Below are positions 1 to 11,716 of a DNA stretch of 64,000 bases, piece by piece. A program made the translations under genes and the position numbers. Numbering within the stretch: the first letter of the stretch is position 1; each line of letters begins with the position of its first letter. Under the pieces are notes generated by a model, which was not told the DNA's origin, ran no database searches, and worked only from the letters and a program-made list of their open reading frames with translations. The stretch comes from Mizuhopecten yessoensis (Eukaryota): contig NW_018407522.1 of assembly GCF_002113885.1 (NCBI RefSeq), forward strand, positions 318,079 through 382,078. Reading direction: 5' to 3'.

Positions 1-5
1 CGGCC

Positions 6-548
6 CTCTATAATATGCGGGAAATATGCGACCCGCGCCCGGAACGCACTTCAAACTGATATTTTAGAAACAAATCGTCACTTTCACACACAGGTCGCAC
101 ATGGATCGAAAGATCTATTCTTTATGCACAAGATGAACATACATAACATGCCTCAAACAACCAATACAATCACTAAAAACATATTTTTTCAAACTTACTC
201 TGTTTTACACTAGGTTTTTGATAGCCCCGCCTTCTAATGCCACGTGACTAAAATCTCGCCGGCCGATGTCATAACGTTGGGAAATACCTTCGGTAACGCG
301 AGATCTCGTCAAGTCATGTGACATTGCTCATGGCCTAATTTCCATTAAAAGCATGGGTTGGTATAGAAAACGTTGGAAAATACTTTTCGTAATGATATTT
401 GAAACATGTTATTGATACCATCTAGTGCTTAAAGAATAGATCTTTCGATCCATGTGCGACATGTGTGTGAAAGTGACGATTTGTTTCTAAAATATCAGTT
501 TGAAGTGCGCTCCGGGCGCAGGTCGCATATTTCCCTCATATTATAGAG
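6..548. mobile_element. Fold-back/MITE-like element with ~118-bp terminal inverted repeats
   Basis: 6-123 (ctctataatatgcgggaaatatgcgacc...gatctattcttt) is the near-exact reverse complement of 431-548; a further partial arm lies at ~1551-1612. Confidence 0.8.
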
Positions 549-616
549 TTCTGATGTTAATTGACGACAGACCGATATGAAAAAAGTCGATAAAACGTCA
601 AAATAATTCGGACTAC

Positions 617-858
617 CGTGATAGATGTCAACCGCTGATGGACAAACTTACAACACAGGAGTCCCGTGATAGATGTCGACTGCTGACAGACAAACTTACA
701 CCACAGGGTTCCCGTGATAGATGTCGACTGCTGACAGACAAACTTACAACACAGGATTCCCGTGATAGATGTCGACCGCTAATGGACAAACTTACACCAC
801 AGGGTTTCCGTGATAGATGTCGACTGCTGACAGACAAACTTACAACACAGGGTTTCCC
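617..858. repeat. 48-bp minisatellite, ~5 copies (partial copies again at ~1319-1394)
   Basis: Unit ccgtgatagatgtcgactgctgacagacaaacttacaacacagggtt(c); explains the 16-aa periodic ORFs at 628-915 and 638-865. Confidence 0.95.
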
Positions 859-2384
859 AAGATGACGATTGATGAAGACTATGGACAAGATTGTTGGTTG
901 CCAGCATAATCCCAAAGGAAAATATTTGTATTAGTGTTCGCTGTAGTTTTGCCGTCACTTTCCGAGTTCCCGGCTTGAGGTGGTGACATTATTTTCATTT
1001 GACTTAGATTTAAATGTCGAATTTCGTTGATGAAGAAGAAAACGCCTACCCTTCTGGAGCACCTGGTATTATTCTTGTACTTTTGTTTCAAGTATCGATA
1101 TGTGAATATTTTCTTTTGTCATATTTTGTTCTAGTTTTATCGATTTTGAGTTCGAATTAGGGTTTCATTAACCCTTTCATATTTTTTATAATTTTGATTT
1201 TAGACGTCTGTTTTATGAACGCATGGGTTAAGAACATGTCAAAATCATTTTATCAACAATTGGCCCACAGGGCCGGTATCACTCACCTTTTTCTTTTGTT
1301 ACATGAAACTGACATACNAAACTTACAACACAGGGTTCCATTGATAGATGTCGACTGCTGACAGACAAACTTACAACACAGGGTTTCCGTGATAGTAGTC
1401 CGAATTATTCTGACGTTTATAATTATCGACTTTTTCATATCTNAAAACCAATTGAATATGAATTTTTAAACTGCTGAGAAATTAGGTATTGCTAATATGA
1501 TACTGCAAATATAGCCATATACACTATATCTATGAAAGTGATGGGGTTTTTCCGGGCNCGGAACGCACTTCAAACTGATATTTTAGAAACAAATCGTCAC
1601 TTTTACACACAGNCAACACTTTCCCATCCGAGGACCAACTTTTGAATAAATTTTTTGTGACCGTGATGTAATTTGCAAAAACAAATCGTATTACGGAAAA
1701 GTGGTCCTCCTTTGAGAAAGTGCTCAAAATAATGAAAAACAGGGGTGATCAAGTTTCTCTAAACTGCGACCGGTGTTTCTCGGGTTAAATAAGTTTGTAA
1801 TTGCTAATATCTATATGTTCTATCTAGCCGAATGTCTAACGCAGTTTACTTGCGACTAGAAAATAAACGCTCCAGGTTCGATTCCTCCTTCAGTTATATT
1901 TTCTTTTAAATATTTAGGCATGTGATCATTTTCCTTAATAAGGCAATAGTGTTTTTTTAAATCGATGGAAAATTTTGTTTTCATTTTAATAACATACCTA
2001 TTGATTTATCAGTTTTGTTAGTAATAATTTCTTTATTATTTTAGTGCGACATACTTCTATCGAAGCATGTCAACAAATCCCTGTACACGTGTACAGTACA
2101 GCTACGATTTGAAGGTAAGACTATTTTTGATGAAATTTATGAATCGTTTTACCCTCTAAATGGCAATAATAATTATATCAAGTGCTTAAACACCAGAAAA
2201 TAATGCCGAAATACCAAATATGTGGTCTGTTTACAATAATCATTTTCAGACACGGGATTCCGATATTGCTACCTGTATAAAAATACCTGAGGACGCGTCA
2301 TAACAGTGCACGGTTGGATGTGCGCACTAGCGTAACATAGCTTTGGGGAAATATGCATAGCAACCCGCCATATCTCTTTGATTA

Positions 2385-3407
2385 CTAGAACACAAGACAT
2401 TTTAACATCTCTTAAACGCTTCTTAAGATATTGTTGTTTGAAATTTGAAATTTTAATTGTAAAGCTTTTAACTCACGTTGACCTCTGCCTCGGGCAAGCA
2501 CTTAAAGTTGACTTTTGACCTCATTACTGTAATAAAGAAAACGATTCACAGCGCTGGTCTACATAACATACCCAAGTATCATGACTCTAAACCAAATGCT
2601 TCTTAGGATATTGTTGTTTGAAGTTTTTAACATATTTGACCCCTGTGACCTTGAAAGTAGGTCAAGGTCATTTTAATGATGAAATTTTATAGCACTCCAT
2701 TCCAAGTACCTACTGGTCAACTATCATGACCCTGTGCCTTATGGGAATTGAGTAGAAGATTGTTATAGCTTTTAACCCATGTTGACGTTTGACCCCAGAC
2801 TTGCACTTAAAGTTTACCTTTGACCTCATTACTTTAGTTAAGAAAAAGATTCGCACTGCTGGTTTACATATTATACTCAAGTATCATGACTCTAGTCCAA
2901 ATGGTTCTTAGGATATTGTTGTTTGAAGTTTTTAGCATATTTGACCCCTGTGACCTTGAAAGTAGGTCAAGGTCATTTTAATGCGGAAACATTATAGCAC
3001 TTAATTCAAGGTACCTACTGGCCAAATATCATGACCCTGTGCCTTATGGAACGTGAGTAGAAGATTGTTAAAGCTTTTAACCCATATTGACCTTTGACCC
3101 CTGACTAGCACTTTCAGTTGACATTTGACCTTATCACTGTTATTTAGAAAAATATGTGCACTGCTGGTCTACATACCATACCCAAGTATTATGACTCTAG
3201 TCGAAATGGTTCTTAAAATATTGTTTGAATTTTTAATAAATTTGACCCCTGTGACCTGGAAAGTAGGCCAAGGTCATTTTAATTAGGAAATGTATAGCCC
3301 TCCATCCTAGGTACCTACTGGTCAAATATCATGACTCTAGGTAGAAAATGTTGACGGACGGACGACGGACGACGGACGCCGCAGTATGGCTTAAGCTCAC
3401 AGGCCCC
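2385..3407 (-). mobile_element. Helentron-associated (HINE/pearl-like) non-autonomous element with internal ~305-bp tandem repeats
   Basis: tttgacccctgtgaccttgaaagtaggtcaaggtcatttt recurs at ~2635, ~2940 and ~3241; (gacg)n microsatellite and aagctcacaggccc terminus at 3353-3407 match the reverse of the element start at 23878. Confidence 0.7.
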
Positions 3408-3414
3408 AAAGTAA

Positions 3415-5350
3415 TTTTTTGTTTTTTTTGTTTTTGTATTATTTTTTCATTTTTTTACAAGACAAGACAAAACATATATGACATTGTTCCTAAGTACATG
3501 ATTGTTCATACATATTAAACAAAGATCATCATCATTATCAGACATCATCATCATCATCATCATATAAGATATTATTATTAACACATAAGCAGATATTAAG
3601 CAAAAAATTGCCAATGTCATGTACATACATAAAGACATACACTGAGACACTGATGCAAAAACAATATATATAAACCTATGACATCAAACACACAAGAGAA
3701 AAACCAAATAAACTGAAACAGAAAAAACAACAACACACAAAACATTACAGGGGATGGGGAGCACTCCTAGGTCATTATATTTTAACTTAAGCCTGGCGAA
3801 TTAAAATGTATGAAATATTTGATGATTATTATTACAGTGAGGAGACGATAAAGTACAATAGATGTATATATGTATAGAACAAATATGTCATATATATATA
3901 TATATAGTCATATTATAATTGCATCCAGTTATCTATTTGATGGTTTAACTCATCCTTATTTATTAATTTATTCTGTTTATACACAAGGATCTTTTGTGCT
4001 TTTAATTCAAATTTTATATGGTTTTTGAGACTAGTCAGATTAAGGTCAATTTCTAGGCATTTAGTTTTATATATGTATTGTTTTATAAGTAGTATTATGA
4101 TGTTTTCTATATAAAACTTTGTATGGTTATATGTATGTTTACCAAAAAGGAATTCTTGTTTTTCAAATCTTAGTGTAAGGTTTTTAGTTATAATATTTGT
4201 TTTCAGCTCGTCAATTAGCCTATCAATTTTTTCGCAATCCCATAGCATATGAACTATTGTTTCAGGGTGAATTTTACAGAAAGTGCAAAGGTTATTGTGT
4301 GATTTGCCAATTTTGAATAAAAATGTGTTTGTAGTGAGAATTCTGTGGTTTATTCTGTACTGTAGCCACTGTAGTTTGGAGTTGGTGGTGGTTTTAAAAG
4401 GACATTCATATATTTTTTTCCATGTTTCATCATCTATATTTTCATTTAATATCCATTTTCTTTGAGCAGTAGGTTTAACATTATTTTTAATTAATATTAA
4501 ATATATGTCTTGTGCTCCTTTACTATTTTTAAGTATTAACTTAAGATTGATAGGTATATTTGGAAAGATAACTGTTTTTTCTGAAGTAAAAATGTGATGA
4601 TTTTTTCTTATAAAATGATGCACAGCATTCTTTAGGCCTTGGTATGTCAAAAAATTAGTATTTATGTTATATTTTTCTTGAAATTCTTCAAAGTGGTAGA
4701 GTGATCCATCCTGTTTAATAATGTTATATACAAATTGTACTCCCTTTTTAAACCATGAATTTTTGAATGTAAATTTTCTGTCAATTTTAATTTCACTATT
4801 GAACCACAGAGGGTTTTCACGTATATTTGTATTGTATATATTGCTAGAGATAATAGTATTGTACCATGCTTCTAAGACATCTTTCCAAAAGAGGTTACTA
4901 CAACGTTTAGATTCTTCTTTCAATTTTTCAAGCCCACAGTTAGCTAATGTTTCTTTATCAAAATAAGTTTCTAAAATAAGAGCCCAATTTCCTTCTTCTT
5001 TATATACCCGTCTTATCCATGCTGCTTTAAGAGCTGTTATCAAAAATTTTAAATGTATCATTTTCAGACCACCTTCTTCATAACTTTTAATTATCACATC
5101 TCTCTTTATTTTATCTGGTTTACCATTCCACAAAAATTCATACAGTACACTATTAATTTTTCTTATATATGTTTAATCAGGATTTGGTAGTGCTATAAAT
5201 AAATGGTTAAACTGTGATATAAGTAGTGATTTAATAACTGATATTTTACCTATTGGTACTCGTCTATTCCATGATGATATAAGAGTTTTGTAATTCTGTG
5301 CAAGTCTACATCATAGTCTATCCCTAGCAAATTGAAAGTTGATGTACACG
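3415..5350 (-). mobile_element. 5'-truncated, decayed Tx1/L1-clade LINE (C-terminal ORF2, zf-RVT region)
   Basis: ORF 3913-5133 has KIKRDVIIKSYEEGGLKM, PLWFN, LQYRINHRILTTN and CTFCKIHPETIVHMLWDC. The frame continues upstream (GKISVIKSLLISQFNHLFIALPNPD) behind a stop at ~5174. T-rich tail at ~3415-3456. Confidence 0.88.
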
Positions 5351-6210
5351 TAATTTAGTGTTAAGTTGATTTTACTGTGCTAATTTAAACATATTTTATT
5401 AATGAAATATACAAGGGGTTCACACAACAAGTTATTACCCCTCCCCAATACATATTGTAAAATAATGTACATATATGTTCAGTGAAAAATAGAGTTACAG
5501 TTAACACAATTATAATGTGCTAGATTTTACAATTTCATAAGATGCAGCCTGGTAGAGTTTTTTCAAAATGAACGGAATCAATTTCACAAAGAAATCAGGC
5601 AAAATAATGAAACGCAATTTCATAAACACATCATAACCCAGGAGAATAAGACAAAGTAAATGAACGGATGCGAGGATTAAGCTATACAAAAGGGATTGGG
5701 TAGTTGGAGGGGATATATGCGTGAGAACAGTTCAGAAAAGTAAGAGGTATGGTCGAATGATAGGGAGATTTGGGATTGTGATGTTGGGTAAAGAGTATAG
5801 ATACAGATGGGTGTGTGTGGGGCGGGGCGGGGTTGTGTGGGATGGGGTAGGGGTGTAGGTGTGTGTATGTGCACATGACATTTGAATATATACACAACAT
5901 GAGAAAACACATCTCATGTTACATATGCTTACATGCATTCACAAATAAGCACACACACTTACCATTACACACCCTCACACCCACACACACTTGTATACTG
6001 TACACGTTATAAACAATACTTTTTAATTTCGAAATATTCAGGTTTTTAAGTTCACTAAAACAAAACAACAAAACAGAAATTGCACAGGGTGTTGACTTAA
6101 AGCGGTTACTATATATATGCTTGCGGTCACACGTAATCAAACACACAAGTCTCATGCAGACTCTCTCTCTCTCCCTCACAACTCTCATGCAGACTCTCAC
6201 AAACACCAAC

Positions 6211-6211
<1 letters not shown>

Positions 6212-6241
<30 letters not shown>
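6212..6241. repeat. Poly(C) tract, ~30 nt, inside a CA/CT-rich low-complexity region
   Basis: Seen directly; it generates the poly-Gly/poly-Pro ORFs in the track. Confidence 0.95.
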
Positions 6242-6958
6242 ACACAGTGTCTTCAGTGTAATCAAAATGAATGACCGATATAGATACACAATAAAATGTT
6301 TGCTTATAGAACTGAATACAAAGTGTACACATGTAAAAAAGAACTGTTGTACGCTGCTAAGTGTATAACAAGTATTATACAGGCAAAGTACATCATGCTG
6401 GTCATAAAAAAATATATATAAATGTACAAACCAACGAGTTACATAAAACTGGCGCACTATAACGTTGTAAATTTGCAGCAACAATATTTTGGTAATGGGC
6501 TGTATACTATAGCCAAGCACTGAATATACAATGTAAGGGAAGGGGCTGAGTACATGAAATGAGGCACCGCGCGCGTGCCGAACTGAAACTAGTTTACCAA
6601 ACTTTGACACCAGTGCCTCATATAAGGATTCTATATATACATGAATTGAATACACGTTCTGTTCGACAATTGACAAACATGTTCCAAAGAAATAGTTCTC
6701 AGCATAAACTATTATGTTTGCGAATACTTCTCTTTTCGTTTATATAACACTGTTGGTGAGGTCATTTACAGCTAGTTCAAAAGTTTTTGTTGCTTCCAGT
6801 TTGTCCTAATAGACCAGTGTGTTATACTTGTACACATAGATTCCGTCCGTTTGAGTGCGGATTAGAAGGTATTTGATGGGTCCAACATGATCAATTGTAT
6901 TTAGTCTTAAAGGAACAAAATGTTTATAAACTAGTGTGTTCGATGCTAGTTTCTCATG

Positions 6959-8582
6959 TTACAGTCGCATCACGTGTACGGTACCATATCTACACCCTAT
7001 CCACGCGTTACCACACGTGTCCACACCCACCGCTGTAGGTTCCACCACTCCATGTTTCTGGTCCAGGAGACACGTGGCCTGTGTACCATCTCTCGGTAAC
7101 ACATACACCTGATTGTTACTGACGTCTGGTACAAACAGTCTGTCGTACTTGTCACGTGACATCTTATTGAGCTGCATTTGACCAACGTTTGGACCTTTGT
7201 TAATTTCACCTGTCCAGGTATGTTGGACTGTGCATGATTTTCCTGTTATGGACAATGAATCCTGAGATGAGGTTATTACTGCCACGTTTCCTGATGACAA
7301 ACAGGCAATACACCACCCATTCATACCACACGGTACTTTCCTCACAATCGTACCTGACTGATTCAGTACAACTATGTCTGGTGTGTATGTACTAACAACC
7401 ACCTCGTCCCACTCGTTGATGCTGATGTCCAATGCTTTATGTGGTCCGATGTCAGCAAATGTTGTCACTTGTTTGTTATGTAGTGATAGTTTATATACAA
7501 ATGTACTAGCTGGGCAACTAGTCATAAGTATGTTTGCCGTCCCGAACATGACGATCCTCAGCGGAGAGAAATTCGTTTTTACTGTTTTCGTGACGACGCC
7601 CTTCCTGTTGACCAGTACCAGACCCTTGAAATGAAGTATTGATAACCACGCGTGACTGTCGTCGACTGGACATATACCGAGTATTTGATTTTGTTGCGAA
7701 ACAGTAAACTTAGAGAGACGTTGAACGTGTTTACTGTCGATGTCTGTCTTCTTGTACTGGTTCGTGTGGTGAGGTTCACCCAGCATTTCCGCCAACATGG
7801 CGCGGTCGATACTTCCGGTAACAAAGTTTGGTTGTTTCGGCAATACGTGTTTCACATTCACATCATAGCGGGAAAGACTTGTTCTCAAGGAACTTTCGAT
7901 TTCAAACATGGATACACTTGATGTGTTCGTTACTTCCGCTTTTTCAAGTAGGCTCGTCAGCTCTGCAACATTTTTCTCATAAAGCTGACAATCTTCTTTG
8001 TGTGTAGCTAATCCTTTTTTTCTCCATGGACGACAACTCAGCCAGCACCGCGTCCGCGATAGAATCTACTTCTTTCTTTAACTTAGTCCTCTGAATGTTT
8101 ACATCTTTCCTTATTGTATCAATGTTGTCGTTGAACGCTTCGGTAACGTGATGTCGCTCTGACGTCTCGTTCTTAAAATGTTCTATTTTAGCTGATATTG
8201 CTGTCATGTGCTCTTTCAGATGTTGCTTTTTTATAGAAAATTCGTCTTCAAAAGGTTTCAAGTTGTGCTGTTTATGAGTTTTAGATAAACACATCGAACA
8301 AAGCAACAGGTTGCAGTCCGAACAATAGAGATCACACAGTTTACCGGGGTGTAGTTTACATACCTCTGGTACAGGCTTGTCTCCCTGGCGGTTAGCCTCC
8401 CCGATCGACACGACGTCATCGTTTTTAGTTTTCCTCCCGCGTGTATGGGTTTCCTTACACCGGTCACATAAATTCTCCTGACAATCGTTGCCATACCATC
8501 GTACCCCGTCTTCACTGTCACACAAAGCACACGTGTATGTAACGGGTTCCTGGGCACGCCGTGCGAATCTGCTACTTGCCAT
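6959..8582 (-). pseudogene. Frameshifted paralogue of the B-box/coiled-coil/NHL-like propeller gene
   Basis: ORFs 7977-8582 and 6959-7909 together are colinear with the 540-aa gene. T7 at 8015-8021 versus T6 at 12773-12778 gives a +1 frameshift. A B-box1 Cys is replaced by Gly (WYGNDC versus WYCNDC). Confidence 0.8.
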
Positions 8583-9000
8583 GGTTTTTATTAAGAGATA
8601 GAATACGCTAACACTTTACCTTGAAAGTGTGAAATGCAGCCATTTTGTTGCTCTGTCGGTAAAGGTATAACTATATACTTCCTTGTTCTAGGTATGTCAC
8701 GTGATTATTCTGACAGATAGATAAGATATGATGTCCTTGACTTGGCTAGTCGCGATATCGATAAGGCTTGCCTTCTCATGATCATTGGCGTTCGGCCAAA
8801 AATACTTTGTAGATCTTGCTATCAGACATGTGTTCGTGATTTCATTCGTTATACTTATATTGCACCGTATGTTTAGTAGTTATACAGCATACAAACCTGT
8901 AGTGCACAAGACATTCTGCGAGGAGTTGGTTAGTGTTGTGTACCTGTGTCCCCCACCTATATATTTTCACATGTCTGACTGGTTAGCATGGCCTACCTGT

Positions 9001-9132
9001 TGTATAACAGGAGTATCAAAATGCACGGCCACACCGGGATTTGAACCCGGAACTCCGAGTCCTACATGCATGGATGCTTTACCAATGAAGCTAGCTGGTT
9101 GTAGGCGATCGACCCGGTCAGGTTCCGCTACA
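9001..9132 (-). mobile_element. Solo LTR-like unit containing a tRNA-derived Pol III promoter (paralogue with deletion at ~13741-13856)
   Basis: Minus strand reads TGTAGCGGAA...tagcttcattggtaaagc (A box)...gggttcaaatccc (B box)...catttt...CCTGTTATACA; same size and layout as 20295-20428. Confidence 0.6.
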
Positions 9133-9535
9133 GATGTGTAGTTTGATAAACCGAGTTAGTACGTGCAGTTGTATGTTTTGGAAAAATATTTATCGACAAA
9201 TGTATATGCTCTGAGTTCATTAATTTATTAATCTTACGAATATTTACACTCAACAATTTATCTTCTTATGTAGCAGAAATAACACTTTATTCAAAGCACT
9301 AAATATCATCAGAGACGTACACGTATATATTGTATTATATACCTCTCTGATAAAAGTGCATATCAATAATCAATGTGGCAATGAGGTCAGTCCGTGCCTC
9401 TTTATTGATATCAGTAAAGATATCTACTAGATATCTAGGTAACGAAGAGGGCGACAGGTAACATCCGGGCCTCTTTATTGATATCAGTCAAGATATCTAC
9501 TAGATATCTAGGTAACAAAGAGGACAACAGGTAAC

Positions 9536-10221
9536 ATCCCTTCGAATGAAGGGAGACATATTGTATTATAGATGTAGTACTGGTTCTTCTAATAATTTCT
9601 TGTCCGGGCCATAACATCTAAACCGTTGAAGATATCTTTACAAAAACTGCAGTATATTTGCATAACCTAAAGCCGATGTGAAATGCACTGCCGTTACATC
9701 ACTGATATTGACCTCAAGGTCATAGGTCAAATAAGTGCAATTTTTTCCAATAATTTCTTGTCCGGGCGAAAACTTCTAAACTGGTAAGGATATCTTAATG
9801 AAAGTTGCTGCATACCTTTATCACTCACTGACAAAGTGCAGTGCTCTGTCATTGGATAATTGCAACCTTGACCTCAAGGTCAAATGTCTAATAAGTGCGA
9901 ATATTTCCAATAATTTCGTGTCCGGGCGAAAACGTTTAAACTGTTAAAGATATCTTAATGAAAGTTCTTGTATAGCTTTATCATCCACAGATGATATGCA
10001 GTGCTCTGTCACGTATCATAATTGCGATAATTGCTATATGTACTTGTCTATACCATAGCTACTAAAACTTACCAACACTGTTTTCACAATGTCAAATAAA
10101 CAAGAGCAGCAACATTTATTAATTTTTATTGTTGCACACCCAATCTACTATAAAAGCAGCAAATATACATGTTGGCTAATAAGGGGAGACAGATTTTGTT
10201 CACTGAAACAAATCTCTAGTT
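9536..10221 (+). mobile_element. HINE/Helentron-type non-autonomous element with ~158-bp internal repeats
   Basis: 5' hairpin cccttcgaatgaagggagaca; aataatttc(t/g)tgtccgggc at ~9591, 9749, 9909; 3' gggagaca + stem-loop gattttgtt..aacaaatc + ctagtt. Confidence 0.65.
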
Positions 10222-10424
10222 GATCTTAAAAGATTTGATAATTAGAAAGTAAAAGAGGAAGATAGAATTTGGCACCAGGAATGTAGTCCAGAAGTATCAA
10301 TCATTTTGACAATGTAATGCATTGATTTCAATACTTGGCCATAAAACAATTAAAAAGTCTCCGGAAATTAAATCACCGCCACCTGTCTTTGAAAGTCATG
10401 ATCATAGAGGGCATAGAGGCTCAT

Positions 10425-10705
10425 GATATTCCCAAAAAACATGTATAAGTAAGGGATATTCCCCATAAACACGTGTGAATGAGGGATATTTCCCCATGTC
10501 AATGTAAAAGTGAGGGATATTCCCCAACAACACCTACAAGTGAGGAATATTCCCCTTAAACACGTGTGAGTGAGTGATATTTCCCATAAACATGTACGAG
10601 TTAGGTATATTCAACCATGAACATGTAAAAGTGAGGAATATTCCCGATAAACATGTAAAAGAGAGGAATATTCCCGATAAACATGTAAAAGTGAGGAATA
10701 TTCGA
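10425..10705. repeat. ~30-bp minisatellite, ~9 copies
   Basis: Unit aaacatgtaaaagtgaggaatattcccgat, period 30 at 10621-10700. Confidence 0.9.
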
Positions 10706-11716
10706 AATTGGGAACCCTAGTTCCGTTTAACGTTTAACGTAAACGGAACGAGGATCGGGTTCCTAGTACCGTTTTCTTAAACGCAACTAGGGTCTGGTTC
10801 CCAGTTCCGTTTACGTTAGACGGAACTAGGGACTAGGAACCAACTTCAGGCACTCATACAAGTAATAGTTTACGCCTCCATTTCCATCTTCAAAAGTCTC
10901 ATAACATAATGAGAATCTGTTTGCATTTCAATGTCACTCTGGTGTTAAAATTGAAGTTTAAACAAAAAAAATAGGAATGAATAAACTTCCAAATGAAAAA
11001 AAATGTCATTTAACCTTAACTCAAATAATCATACTGGTCTATCAAAACGAGTATGAAAAATTTAAACGTAACAAACATTTTGATTGAACACACAAAGGTT
11101 ATATATATATATATATATTAAAGGTATCAGCGTCAAACTTTATTCTAGGTATGAATCTATGTTTCGTTTGAAGCTAGACCCTGTGCACGTTTTGTTGTTG
11201 TTTTTGTTATTTTTTTCGAATAAATACAAATTTTGTCACAGATATATGATAAATTAGGATAATTCGTTCATGATACAAGTAGAGAGTAGTCCGCTTTAGC
11301 TGGGGAATACATAAAATGACACACCGTACCGAACGGAAATTAGTTTGAACAAACTTTGACACCAGTGCCTCATATAAGTATTCCATACATGAATTTAATA
11401 CACGTTCTGTTCGACTATTGAAAAACATGTTCCACAGAAATAGTTCGCAGCATAAAATCATTATTTTCGCGTTTACTTCTCCGTGCTCCTCTTTTCGTTT
11501 ATAGAACGCTGTTGGTGAGATCATTTACAGCTATTTTAAACGTTGTGTACGCTTCCGGTTCGTCCTAATAGACCAATGTGAAATACTGTACAAATGGATT
11601 CCGTCCGTTTGAGTGCGGATTAGAAGGTATTTAATGCGTCCAACACGATTAATTGTCTTGAGTCTTAAAGTTACAAAATGTTTATAAACTAGTGTTTTCG
11701 ATGCTAGTTTCTCATG

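Larger units (their letters stand above)
6556..9540. repeat. Segmental tandem duplication, copy 1 (copy 2 at ~11312-14290)
   Basis: 3' flank (aaactttgacaccagtgcctcatataag), CDS, promoter (gtcacgtgatt), tRNA-like element and first 76-bp repeat units all recur in the same order ~4.75 kb downstream. Confidence 0.92.

Noticed and set aside
628-915. Repeat-protein ORFs on both strands
   Set aside because: By-product of a 48-bp (3n) minisatellite.
1823-1893. tRNA gene (tagccgaatgtctaacgc..ggttcgattcc)
   Set aside because: No cloverleaf; decayed Pol III-like fragment.
5677-6676. Poly-Gly/Pro and His/Thr-rich ORFs
   Set aside because: Translations of poly(C) and CA-rich low-complexity DNA.
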